Assembly: GCA_016867815.1 (NCBI GenBank)
Contig: VGIR01000003.1
Coordinates: 2,495 to 66,494 of the forward strand
DNA: 64,000 nt
From: a candidate division WOR-3 bacterium
Lineage (GTDB): Bacteria; Hydrothermota; Tepidihabitantia; Tepidihabitantales; Tepidihabitantaceae
Reading direction: 5' to 3'
The position numbers were made by a program, and so were the translations under genes. Every line of letters starts with the position of its first letter. Position 1 is the first letter of the stretch. This document shows, one piece after another, positions 49,281-58,886 of the stretch. The notes below the pieces were generated by a model that was given only the letters and a program-made list of their open reading frames with translations, did no database searches and was not told the DNA's origin.

Positions 49281-51542
49281 ATGAACAGACTGGTGGCTGT
49301 TCTGCTGGGCGCGGCCGTTGCGACTGCGGCATTCGGCCGTGAGCCGAGGTTAGAGGAGCATCTCGCGGTGCGGGAGAGTCTGTCGCGGGTGCATCCGAGG
49401 ATGAGGGCGAGGTGGCTCAAGGAGCGCGGGGTTGAAGACCCGTACTACACGAGCGTCAGGATGCCGGCGACTGAGAGTTCGGGACTCGAGCTAATCGGAC
49501 GTTGGTCATACGGGCCGTCGTATGACGTTGACGGCAGGACCACTCCGAGCGAGACGCTCGTTGCGCTGGCGCGCGGCTCGGGCGTGAGCCTGCTCAGGTT
49601 CTCAAGGCGGGATTCCCTTTCAATCGAGCTTCTCTCGGACATCAATGCCGAGGGGCTGATGTGCCGCGTGAAGGTCGCGGGCACGCTTCTCTACGTCGGC
49701 TCGCGGAAGGGGCTTGAAATCTACAACATCGCCGACGAGCAGAATCCGATGAGGCTCTCGTGGACGCCACTGCCGCTCAACGACTTTGCCCTTCAGGATT
49801 CGCTCGTTTACACCATCAGCGGCTACTATTCCGACGGTGGCGATGACGACTCGTTTCGTATCTACAACGTCTCGAATCCAGCCAATCCGGTCTTCCGCGG
49901 AGCCTGCCGCGACTCAGGCTACCTGGTCTCGGTGGCAGGCAACACGGCGTTCATTGGCGACCGTTGGGGTCTCTACGTCATCGACGTCACCAATCCCGCG
50001 AGTCCGCACCGAATCGGCTCCTGGGGTAGCGCAATCGAGCAGGTGGAGGTCAGAGGGCATCTCTGCTACGTCACGACTTTCAACCCGAACGTGCCGGGCG
50101 ACATCACGTTCCACGTCCTTGACGTTGCCGTTCCGTCGCTGCCATACCAGATTGGCTCGCTGGACTCTGCCGGCGGCAACGATGTCTTCCTCGTCGATAC
50201 GCTGGCGTTTGGAGCAGGCGAGAGCGACTTCAACAGGATGACTATCGTGTCGATAGCAGATTCGACCAGACCCCGCCTGCTAGGCTCTGCCGGAAGGCCC
50301 GGCTGGGGCTATGGCGTCTGGACCAACGGGCTAGCCCAGACTGCCTTCGTTGGTTCCCACTGGACGGGCTTGCAGATATATGACATCGGGAACACGTCGC
50401 TGCCGGTTCGCGACACCTTCCTGCTGGATGCCGACCAAGCCTTGGACGTCTACATCGACAACGACAGGGCCTACGTGGCGAACCAGATGTCCGGACTGAA
50501 GATACTCGACGTCACCGACCCGGCGAGGCCCACCACTGCTGGTTCCTATGACACGGCCGGGCAGAGGCCGTTCATGAGCTCGGTAGTCGCGCGCGACTCT
50601 CTCGCGTTCGTGGATTGGTACGCGGTGCCCGTCTTCAGGGTGATGGAGGTAAGCGATCCATCGCGCCCTTTGATGCTCGGTGGGGTCGACGTGTTCAATC
50701 CGCCCGAGGACATGGTCCTGCGTGACAGCTTCGTTTACTGCGCCGAAATGAACCGCTTCCAGATTGTCAACGTCGCCCGGCCAAGAGAGCCGGTGCTGGT
50801 GGGGAGCTGCAACACGCAGGAGCAAGCGTATGGTCTGTGCGTCGCAGATTCGCTGGCATACGTGGCTAACTACCCGTTTGCCATCATCAACGTGAAGCAA
50901 CCATCGAATCCAAGTGTCGTCGGCACGATTTCCCGCGGTGCGTGGAATGGGACGGTTCGCGACACGTTTCTGTTCCTGTCATCGGGGAGCATTCTTGTCT
51001 ACAGCGTCGCCGACCCAAGCCAACCTCGGCTGCTGGACTCGCTCAGCGTCGGGGCAATCACGTTTTGGGTCGAGGCGGTCGGCTCGCTGCTGTACACCAA
51101 CAACACCGATGGCGTAAGAGTGGTAGACGCAAGCGACGTTCACAACATGCGGGTCCGTGGCTATGCGACTCTTCCATACTCAGTAGGAAGGTTGAGCTAC
51201 GCGTCGCCGCACCTTTATGTCGCGTGCGGGGAGGCCGGTGTTTGCATCTTCGAGTCAACACAGGTTGCCGTCAGCGAAGAACGACACGCCGTTCCGAGAG
51301 GTGGAGGGCTGTTCGTCAAGCCCAATCCGGCTAGGGGCGTAGCCTTGCTCCTGGGAGCGCAGGGTCTCTCGTATCCCGTTGTCGTCCGAGATGTTGCCGG
51401 GAGGGTCGTGCCCCGCGCAGTCGCAAGCCACGAGACCAACGGCGGTTTGACGCTCGACCTGACGGGCGTCCCACCCGGAGTGTACTTTGTCGAGGTTAAG
51501 ACAAGAGAAGAGGCAGCAAGAGTCAAGTTCGTAAGACAATAG
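49281..51542 (+). CDS. Secreted LVIVD-repeat protein with T9SS-type C-terminal domain
   Basis: Repeated AYVA...GL.I.DVS.P..P units; C-terminal PNP...DLTGVPPGVYFV; leaderless promoter TTGACA-N16-TATCAT. Confidence 0.82.
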   Translation: MNRLVAVLLGAAVATAAFGREPRLEEHLAVRESLSRVHPRMRARWLKERGVEDPYYTSVRMPATESSGLELIGRWSYGPSYDVDGRTTPSETLVALARGSGVSLLRFSRRDSLSIELLSDINAEGLMCRVKVAGTLLYVGSRKGLEIYNIADEQNPMRLSWTPLPLNDFALQDSLVYTISGYYSDGGDDDSFRIYNVSNPANPVFRGACRDSGYLVSVAGNTAFIGDRWGLYVIDVTNPASPHRIGSWGSAIEQVEVRGHLCYVTTFNPNVPGDITFHVLDVAVPSLPYQIGSLDSAGGNDVFLVDTLAFGAGESDFNRMTIVSIADSTRPRLLGSAGRPGWGYGVWTNGLAQTAFVGSHWTGLQIYDIGNTSLPVRDTFLLDADQALDVYIDNDRAYVANQMSGLKILDVTDPARPTTAGSYDTAGQRPFMSSVVARDSLAFVDWYAVPVFRVMEVSDPSRPLMLGGVDVFNPPEDMVLRDSFVYCAEMNRFQIVNVARPREPVLVGSCNTQEQAYGLCVADSLAYVANYPFAIINVKQPSNPSVVGTISRGAWNGTVRDTFLFLSSGSILVYSVADPSQPRLLDSLSVGAITFWVEAVGSLLYTNNTDGVRVVDASDVHNMRVRGYATLPYSVGRLSYASPHLYVACGEAGVCIFESTQVAVSEERHAVPRGGGLFVKPNPARGVALLLGAQGLSYPVVVRDVAGRVVPRAVASHETNGGLTLDLTGVPPGVYFVEVKTREEAARVKFVRQ

Positions 51543-51548
51543 GAAGAA

Positions 51549-53855
51549 GTGATGAAGGGAAGCACGTCGAAACTAGTCGTCGTGCTGCTGGTTGCGTTCG
51601 GCTCCACGATGGCGCTCGTCCGCGCCTTCCACACCGAACCAGTGAGCGTGGCGCTGTCGGGCTGGACTGGCACGATGCCGCCGAACAACTACGTGAGTCA
51701 AGTACTAACGATCAACTTCGATGAGCTGGATAGCACGGCGGGTGCTTACTGTGAACTGTTTGCGGGCACGCAGTCCGGAGGCGGGCCATACCACGTCTCG
51801 GTCAAAACGTATCCGGGCAGCGCTGAGGTCGCAAGTGCCAGCCAAGACGGGCACGTGGACCACAAGTGGGTCCGGTTCAATCTCAATGTGCTGCATCCCG
51901 AATCAATCGTGAAGGGCAAGAAACTGGAGTTCCGGTTCACCCGAGGCGTTATGGTCCCCGGGGAGAGCTTTCAGTTCTATTATGACAGCGTGTGCGGATA
52001 CAACTACGGCTTCATGATAGCGCCGACTCTGCAATCCGTGCCGGTGACGGCCGGACTGGCGATGAGGGTGTATGGACGGATGAAGCCGGTCAGCGACGTC
52101 TGGCGAGCCTGCCATGACCACGGAGATGACCCACCCTTTGGCAGCGATAGCGCTCTGTCGGCCCTGGTGAAGGCCAAGTCCATGGGCGTGAAGTGGCTCA
52201 GAGATGACTTCCTGTGTTGGGGCTCGTGGGATAGCCCGGAAAGCCTCAGAGGCAAGATCAAGTCGATCTACAATCGTTACGACAGCATGGGGTTCAACAT
52301 GGTCGGCATTCTTTGCTACGGAAGTGACGACTCGACGAAGAGCAGCGGCCCGCCGGGCTCCGCCGGTTCTTGGGGCAAGTACCCGCCGCGCAACCTGTTC
52401 GCCGATGTGCACAGTGACACCAACTGGTGGGCAGGATACTGCCGGAGCATCATGGAGAACCTTCCCTTGGTGAAATACTGGGAGGTCTTCCCTGAGGCAA
52501 ATGCGGAGTGGTACTGGAAGGACCCGGACATCGCCTACTACCAGGGCCGCAGCGGCCTGTGTTGGGACACGATCGATACGCCCATTGAGCGATGCAGCCT
52601 CTATGTGCGGATGTGCGTCATTGCCGAGAGCGTTGCTCACGAGTCGGGAGGCGGACGGAAGATTATCGGAGGAGCGCCTTGGCGGCTGCGGGATCCCTGG
52701 TGGGTAGACGGAGACACCACGTGCTGCCCGGGCGTGATCTGGCTTGAACACGTGTTTGAGTTGGCCGAGCGCGCCTACGGGGGCATGCAGAACTGCTTAG
52801 ACATCGTGTCAGTCCATCCATACATGTGGACGGATTCGGTGGGTTGTCCGAACCGCTTTTCGGAAGACGAATTCACTATTTGCCTCGACACGGCGCGCCG
52901 GGCCATGCGCGAGGCCGGGCATCCGGACATGGAACTGTGGGCAACCGAGTACGGCTGGCCCCGGTGGAGGCAGCTCATGCCGGACAGCCTCCTGACGGAT
53001 ACACTCGTTCAGGCCGACAACATCTGCAAGTTCTACACCTCAGCGATAGCGCGGCAGGCCGACCCGCGGGGAGGCTATGATAGAGCGACCCACTATGAGC
53101 TGACCAGCCTACACCATCCCGATGCTGATAACCAAGGTTTCGGTCTTCTTGATAGAGAACCAAGTCAGCATCTCATGCCGCACGGTTGGGCATTCACGCA
53201 GGAGTCCTTTCTCACCGGCAAGCGGCTCAACGGGCGGGTCATAACCGGTGACACGGCGGTTGACGACCACACTCGGGTGTATGAGTTCGAAGACACGACG
53301 GCGTTGAAGAAACGGACGTGGGTATGCTGGCAGGACGAGGCCGTAGCGGCCTACACGCCGGTACCGGTGCGGAACGACACGGTCGATACGGTGGCGCTCG
53401 CCTACAACGGGTCGCCGCCGGCCGACGAGAAGGATGCTGAGCAGTCCGGCTGGCTGCACATTGCCCTGGATCCGCGGCCGGCATTCGTGATGGAGAAAAC
53501 CGTCGCCAGTCGCCCGGACCTGGTTGTGGACAGCGTACGGTACTTCCAGCCACCGGACACGATTGCCGTGCGGGCCTGGGTCACTAACAGCGGCAATCGC
53601 TCAACGCCTCTTCAGCAACCGGGGGAACAGCCGTTCCCGACTTGGGCGGTGTTGTATGCGAACGGTGACTCCATAGCCCAGGTGGTCTACACGGGTTCTA
53701 TCGCGGTAAGTGAGCAAGTCTTGTTCGAGTTCGGGCGCGGCGCTGTCCAGATGCCACAGACGGCCCTTCTCGCGGTCAGGGTCAACCCGGGCCAGAGCTA
53801 CGTCGAGCTCGGGACCGGTGACAACAGGGGATACCGACTGAAGCCCCAGCCGTAG
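51549..53855 (+). CDS. Secreted clan GH-A glycoside hydrolase-like protein with CARDB domain
   Basis: GVKWLRDDF, YWEVFPE, DIVSVHPY, LWATEYGW; C-terminal PDLVV...VTNSG CARDB pattern. Confidence 0.65.
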   Translation: MMKGSTSKLVVVLLVAFGSTMALVRAFHTEPVSVALSGWTGTMPPNNYVSQVLTINFDELDSTAGAYCELFAGTQSGGGPYHVSVKTYPGSAEVASASQDGHVDHKWVRFNLNVLHPESIVKGKKLEFRFTRGVMVPGESFQFYYDSVCGYNYGFMIAPTLQSVPVTAGLAMRVYGRMKPVSDVWRACHDHGDDPPFGSDSALSALVKAKSMGVKWLRDDFLCWGSWDSPESLRGKIKSIYNRYDSMGFNMVGILCYGSDDSTKSSGPPGSAGSWGKYPPRNLFADVHSDTNWWAGYCRSIMENLPLVKYWEVFPEANAEWYWKDPDIAYYQGRSGLCWDTIDTPIERCSLYVRMCVIAESVAHESGGGRKIIGGAPWRLRDPWWVDGDTTCCPGVIWLEHVFELAERAYGGMQNCLDIVSVHPYMWTDSVGCPNRFSEDEFTICLDTARRAMREAGHPDMELWATEYGWPRWRQLMPDSLLTDTLVQADNICKFYTSAIARQADPRGGYDRATHYELTSLHHPDADNQGFGLLDREPSQHLMPHGWAFTQESFLTGKRLNGRVITGDTAVDDHTRVYEFEDTTALKKRTWVCWQDEAVAAYTPVPVRNDTVDTVALAYNGSPPADEKDAEQSGWLHIALDPRPAFVMEKTVASRPDLVVDSVRYFQPPDTIAVRAWVTNSGNRSTPLQQPGEQPFPTWAVLYANGDSIAQVVYTGSIAVSEQVLFEFGRGAVQMPQTALLAVRVNPGQSYVELGTGDNRGYRLKPQP

Positions 53856-53869
53856 GCGCAGCGCGCGTG

Positions 53870-53895
53870 GCTTGCGCTTGAACTTGGGCTTGCGC
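53870..53895 (-). repeat. 26-bp (CAAGCN)4 element
   Basis: Minus strand gcgcaagcccaagttcaagcgcaagc; 25/26 match to 36696-36721; a related copy lies at 55596-55621. Confidence 0.75.
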
Positions 53896-55421
53896 TAGAC
53901 GAACCGGAAACGGCTGATGAAGTGGCGCATCGGCCGGTCCTGGCCGTAGACGACTTCCACGCCCGGAATCTCGTCGCGGCGACGGTAGAGGATGCCGACC
54001 GCCTCGGCTGCGGACAGCAGGTCGGTGTCTTCATAACAGAGCCTCGGCACGGCGGCGCGGACGTTGTTCACCCTCGGGTCCGATGGAGCTTCCTTGCCGT
54101 CCACCATCTTGCCGAACGCGTAGACGCCAAGCTCGCACATCCGGTGCCCGGCGATCAAGAGCAACGCAGTGAGACTGATGCCCGGGAACTGGTCGTCGCG
54201 CAGCTTGGTACGGGCGAAGAACTTGTCGAGGTCGAGGTAGATGGCGTGGCCGCCGACCGGCTTGACCACCACGCTCGCGTCGCACTGCTCGTCAATCGCT
54301 GCCCCGAACTTCCGTACCTGGTTGATGCGGTGCGTGAGGTACTCCCCATACACGATTGTCTTCAGCCCCTCGACTACGCCCTTGAGGTCGCGGCCGGCAA
54401 GACCTCCATAGGTCGGGTGCCCTTCGACCAGAATCTGGTGTCCGACGAGCATCACCCGCAGTTCAGGGTAGCGCTTGGCCAGCAGACCCTGCTCGTTCAC
54501 GACCAGACAGCCTCCTATGTTCACGAGTCCGTCTTTCTTCAGGCTGATGTGGAACCCGTCAACGTGCTCGAACATCAGCCGAACGACCTCCGCCACGCTC
54601 TTGCCCTTGCAGAGCGGCTCATTCTGCTGGTTGAACCATGCGTTCTCGGCGAACCGGCAGGCGTCGAACAGGAATGGGACTTCGTAGCCGCGGCAGAGCT
54701 TGGCCGTGGCACGGATGTTCGCGAGCGACACCGGCTGGCCGCCGCCGGTGTTGTTGGTGATAGTCATGTAGACGACGGGAATGCGTTCCCTCGTCATTGG
54801 GTCGGCGAGCAGTGCCTCAAGCTGGGCCAGGTCCATGTTGCCCTTGAAGAGCGAGGTCTCGTCCTTGGCTCTCAGGTCGGGGGAGAAGAGGTTGCGCGCC
54901 TCGAAGCAGTTCGCCTCGATGTTCGCCTGCGTGGTGTCGAAATGGCCGTTCGACGGGATGATGTAGAACGGCTCGTTGCCAACGCGCTTCCCCGGAGCGC
55001 CGAGGATTGCAGCCATGCAGGTGAAGAGTCCGTGCTCGGCCGCGCGTCCCTGGTGGAATATGAAGACGTTCTCCTGGTCGCGGTCGCGGTTCTCCCACTG
55101 CGGGCCGAAAGTCTCGACGATCTGGTTCTTGAATTCGAAGTAGCCCTCGTTCGACCCGTAGGACTCATCGCCGAGCAGAAGCTGGGACCACTGCTTCATC
55201 GTCATGGTGGTCGTGCCCGAATCGGTGAGCAGGTCGCAGCCGGGAATCATCGCTGCCGGGAACTTGAAGACGTTAAGTCCTCCCTGCTCCAGCAACTTCC
55301 GACGCAGCTCGCGGTCGTCAATGGAGGAAGGACGGAACGAGACGGCGGCGTTGCGGTACGGTCGGGGCCGACTCTGGGCCTTGCCGAATTCAGATGTCCA
55401 ATCGTCGAGGGTGAATCTCAC
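53895..55421 (-). CDS. tnaA: Tryptophanase (beta-eliminating lyase)
   Basis: DLLTDSGT, HQGRAAE, FDTT, DACRFAEN, PLP lysine SLKKDG, TYGGLAGRD; C-terminal RHF favours TnaA over tyrosine phenol-lyase (RFF). Confidence 0.8.
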   Translation of the reverse strand: MRFTLDDWTSEFGKAQSRPRPYRNAAVSFRPSSIDDRELRRKLLEQGGLNVFKFPAAMIPGCDLLTDSGTTTMTMKQWSQLLLGDESYGSNEGYFEFKNQIVETFGPQWENRDRDQENVFIFHQGRAAEHGLFTCMAAILGAPGKRVGNEPFYIIPSNGHFDTTQANIEANCFEARNLFSPDLRAKDETSLFKGNMDLAQLEALLADPMTRERIPVVYMTITNNTGGGQPVSLANIRATAKLCRGYEVPFLFDACRFAENAWFNQQNEPLCKGKSVAEVVRLMFEHVDGFHISLKKDGLVNIGGCLVVNEQGLLAKRYPELRVMLVGHQILVEGHPTYGGLAGRDLKGVVEGLKTIVYGEYLTHRINQVRKFGAAIDEQCDASVVVKPVGGHAIYLDLDKFFARTKLRDDQFPGISLTALLLIAGHRMCELGVYAFGKMVDGKEAPSDPRVNNVRAAVPRLCYEDTDLLSAAEAVGILYRRRDEIPGVEVVYGQDRPMRHFISRFRFV

Positions 55422-55625
55422 GGGGCGGATTATACAAGCTCACCTCGGCGAGTCAAACCAGCGGAGGTAGACCGTGCATCACGACAGAGACGCCACAAAG
55501 AGAACGCAGGCTAGACCGCCAAGGACGCCAAGGTCTAAAGCGAGCAACCACGGATGAATGCTGATGGACACAGATGGGTTTGGGTCCAGGCCGGAGCTTG
55601 TGCTTGAGTTCGGGCTTGCGCCGGA

Positions 55626-57083
55626 TCAGCGCTGCAGGACGACGCGTGCGGTGGCGTGCTCACCAGAGATTTCGCAGCGGATGAAGTAGGCGCCGGCGGG
55701 CAAGTCCGAAGTGGAAAGGGGAAATGACGAAGTCGAGACCTCACGCGAGAGAACCATTCGACCCTGACTGTCGTACATGCGCAGCGTAAGGGGCTTGGAG
55801 CTTGAGGTCGTGGGCGTGAAGCTGACTCTCGTCGCTCCACGGCACGGGTTCGGCTCGCAGGTGAGGGAGAGCGCGGGGGCCCGAGTTGGATTTGCCTTCG
55901 GCTCTGCTACCGCGACGTTGCCCAGCGAATCGGTCTTGATGAGGTAGACGTCATTCTCGACTACGCCGAACGACCGTGTGAGGCCGGTGACAACATAGCC
56001 GCCATCGGCGGTCTGCTGGACCGAACGACCTTCGTCGTAGGGCCCGTCGCCGAAGGTCCTTGTCCACATCGCGCTGCCGTCGGCCCCGGTCTTGATGAGC
56101 CATGCATCGGATGGATATGAACCGTTAGAGGCGGTCAGGCCGCCGACGATGTAGCCGCCATCGGTGGTCTGCTGGACCGAGAAGCCTTGGTCCACGCTCC
56201 GTCCGCCAAAGGTCCTCGTCCACTGCGTATCGCCGCGCGCGTCGGTCTTGATCAGGTAGACATCGCTGCTCTCTGCGCCAAAGGAGGTAGTGGGGGCCAC
56301 GATGATGTAGCCGGTGTCAGTGGTCTGCTGGATGGAACGGCCTCCTTCGCTGCCTGTGCTGCCGTAGGTCCTGGTCCACAGTGTGTCGCCGCCGGCGTCA
56401 GTCTTGACCAAGTACACGTCGTAGCTACTCGGAGAGCGGGCGTTGCCTGCGATGATGTAGCCGTCGTCGACTGTCTGCTGGACCGAGTAGCCGTTGTCGT
56501 TGCCCGTGCCGCCATAGGTTCTGGTCCACATTGTGTCGCCGTGAATGTCGGTCTTTACGAGGTAGACATCGGCCTGTCCCATGCCAAAGGATCTCGTGTA
56601 TCCAGTGATGATGCAGCCGCCGTCGGCAGTCACTTGGACAGAAGGACCACAGTCGTTGGAGTCGCCGCCGAAGGTCTTAGTCCAGAGCGTGTCGCCGTTG
56701 GAGTTGGTCCTAATGAGGTAGACGTCCTCGTTGCCCGCACCGAAGGAGGATGTCTTTCCTGAGATGATGTAGCCGCTATCGGTCGTCTGTCGGACGGAGA
56801 AGCCAAAGTCGTTCGAGTCGCCGCCGAAGGTCCTAGTCCAGAGCGTGTCGCCGAGGGAGTCGGTCTTGATGAGGTATACGTCTGTGTTGCTTCCCTCGAA
56901 GATGGAGGTTTGTCCAGCAATGATGTAGCCGCCGTCGGCGGTCTGTCGGACCGAGAAGCCGCGGTCGTCGCCTATTCCGCCGTAGGTGCGCTGGAAGGTG
57001 ATTTGGGCGGGGAGGAATGAGGGCAAGAGGATTGCGGCCAAGGCGGCCAGGGCCAGAGCGGAAGAGAACCGGTTACGATACAT
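55626..57083 (-). CDS. Secreted beta-propeller repeat protein with T9SS-type C-terminal domain
   Basis: Seven repeats of SVQQTTDGGYII.G...DVYLIKTD..GDTLWTRTFGG; PNP...LPAGAYF tail; AGGAGG RBS. Confidence 0.85.
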   Translation of the reverse strand: MYRNRFSSALALAALAAILLPSFLPAQITFQRTYGGIGDDRGFSVRQTADGGYIIAGQTSIFEGSNTDVYLIKTDSLGDTLWTRTFGGDSNDFGFSVRQTTDSGYIISGKTSSFGAGNEDVYLIRTNSNGDTLWTKTFGGDSNDCGPSVQVTADGGCIITGYTRSFGMGQADVYLVKTDIHGDTMWTRTYGGTGNDNGYSVQQTVDDGYIIAGNARSPSSYDVYLVKTDAGGDTLWTRTYGSTGSEGGRSIQQTTDTGYIIVAPTTSFGAESSDVYLIKTDARGDTQWTRTFGGRSVDQGFSVQQTTDGGYIVGGLTASNGSYPSDAWLIKTGADGSAMWTRTFGDGPYDEGRSVQQTADGGYVVTGLTRSFGVVENDVYLIKTDSLGNVAVAEPKANPTRAPALSLTCEPNPCRGATRVSFTPTTSSSKPLTLRMYDSQGRMVLSREVSTSSFPLSTSDLPAGAYFIRCEISGEHATARVVLQR

Positions 57084-57159
57084 GACGACCTCCTGAGACC
57101 ATTTCGTGAGCGTCTGAGATGATAGGCTCGGGGCTGGGCTTGTCAAATGCGCGGGCGCG

Positions 57160-57630
57160 AACCTACGGTCGTGGGTTGCCGCGGAGGTTGATACCTACCG
57201 GACAGCTTTCTGAATAGCTCGGGACATTGGTCTCCGGATTGCCTGGCAGGTTGCTCTCTGGGCTCGCTTCCGGGCGATTCGCCCGGCAGCCTGTGGAGCT
57301 ATCCGCGGGGCAGTTCTGCCCGGAGCTCTCCGGGCAGTTCGCCCTGCTCCTATCCGGACAGCCTTCCGAATAGCTGACCGAACAGCAGTCCGGATAGCTC
57401 TCCGGATTCCTCACCGGATAGCCTGCGGAGCAGTCTCCCGAACTGCTCGCGGGGCAGCCTCGAGAACAGCTCGCAGAATAGCCTGGGGGACGGGACAGGG
57501 GAGAAAGGAGAATGACGAATAACTAATTGCTAATGGGGAAGTTAGGAAACCGGAAGGCTCGACCGGAGGAGGACATATAGGAAACTGGGAGGGTGCGGCC
57601 AGCCTCAAATGGGGTGTCGGATTGCGCCTG
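57160..57630. repeat. 12-bp periodic dispersed element, copy B
   Basis: Colinear with 29110-29605, including CCGGATAGCCTGCGGAGCA and GGAGGACATATAGGAAACTGG. Confidence 0.85.
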
Positions 57631-57674
57631 CTTCCGAAGGAAGTGGGGAGCCTCTTGATGCGGTCCGGGCGAGA

Positions 57675-57857
57675 GCCGGGACACGACTGCGGACGAAAGC
57701 GCGGACAGCCACGGGCGGATCCCAAATGGGGACAGTCCCACAGAGCGCTTGCGTCGGACTCAGCGCGGGACAGTCCCCATTCGGGCGGGACAGCTCCCGC
57801 ATCCGCCTGCAAGACTGGGGACACGATCCCAAACGTCGGACGTTTGGGTCATGTCCC
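57675..57857. repeat. REP-like GGGACA...TCCC palindrome cluster
   Basis: ATGGGGACAGTCCC, GGGACAGTCCCCAT, GCGGGACAGCTCCCGC and a 40-bp hairpin at 57818-57857. Confidence 0.7.
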
Positions 57858-58733
57858 TGCGCTGCTTCGTCTGGGGGCGAGGAAGAGGACTGCAATGACC
57901 GGGCGGACAAATGAGCCGCCGTGGGCATCGATGAGCTTGCGAATGGCACGGAAGACTTCGTTCCTGACCTTGGGTGCGAGGATGGCGTGGTCGGACATGG
58001 TCTTCAGCAGTCCGATGTAGCTGTCAGCCGTGTACTCCTTCTGCCACGGGTAGCGGAGAATGGTGACCGGGCCGAACAGGCCCGAGCTCGTGATCTTCCT
58101 GCTCTGCCGTAAGATGCGCTCTTCCGGCGGTTTGGAGAGATGCACCTGCGGAGCGATGCGACGGTAGAGTGCACGCAGGTCGTTGTAGAACCTGTTGTCG
58201 GGGACATCCACGAAGTTCCAAAGCAGGGCCAGCGAGCCGGATGGTCTCAGTACCTTGGCGCAGCGCGTGAAGGCAAGCTTGGCAGGAATCCAGTGGAAGG
58301 CGGTGGCAGACAGGGCAAGGTCAAAGGGCTCGGGGCAATCTGCCCTCGGGACACGATCCGAAATCGCAGGACGATTTCGGTCATGTCCCACGGGCTGCCA
58401 ATCTTCGAAAGCTGTGTTGAGTATCTCGACGTTGGGGAAAGCTGCCAGGTTCTCGCGGCAGAGGCGGGCCATGCTCGCGCCCAGTTCGATGCCCGTGATC
58501 GAGAAGCCGCGGCGGGCGAGGGGTAGAGTTGCTTGCCCGGTGCCGGGGCCGATTTCCAGGATGCGGCCGGCTACCGGGATACCCGACATCCGTACCAGGT
58601 CGTTGAATAGCGGTTCGGGGTAGCCGGGCCGGAACCTGTCGTACAGCCGGGCGCCGGCATCGAACGAGTGCTTTCTCAGTTGATGCCGTTCGCGCGCTTT
58701 CAAGGGGCGGTCCGGGAGTTCGTGCCCACGCAT
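57849..58733 (-). CDS. Class I SAM-dependent methyltransferase with in-frame palindrome insertion
   Basis: YDRFRPGYP, ILEIGPGTGQAT, FDLALSATAFHW; start uncertain. Confidence 0.88.
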   Translation of the reverse strand: MRGHELPDRPLKARERHQLRKHSFDAGARLYDRFRPGYPEPLFNDLVRMSGIPVAGRILEIGPGTGQATLPLARRGFSITGIELGASMARLCRENLAAFPNVEILNTAFEDWQPVGHDRNRPAISDRVPRADCPEPFDLALSATAFHWIPAKLAFTRCAKVLRPSGSLALLWNFVDVPDNRFYNDLRALYRRIAPQVHLSKPPEERILRQSRKITSSGLFGPVTILRYPWQKEYTADSYIGLLKTMSDHAILAPKVRNEVFRAIRKLIDAHGGSFVRPVIAVLFLAPRRSSAGT

Positions 58734-58886
58734 TGATCTGAGTAGTCCTGAGCTTACCGCGCTCCCGGGCACGCGTCCACATCCGGCACTGCGAAAAGCG
58801 AGCCGCGAGTCCTGCCGGAATGGTTGACCGGCAAGGAGAGGGGGCTATCATATTACTCTCTGGAAGAGTACCAAAGGAGCAAAGCG

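Noticed and set aside
53922..55514. 530-aa plus-strand ORF and similar long antisense ORFs (3857-4738, 34154-35386, 45798-46769, 59538-60701)
   Set aside because: Shadow ORFs opposite well-supported genes, expected at high GC.
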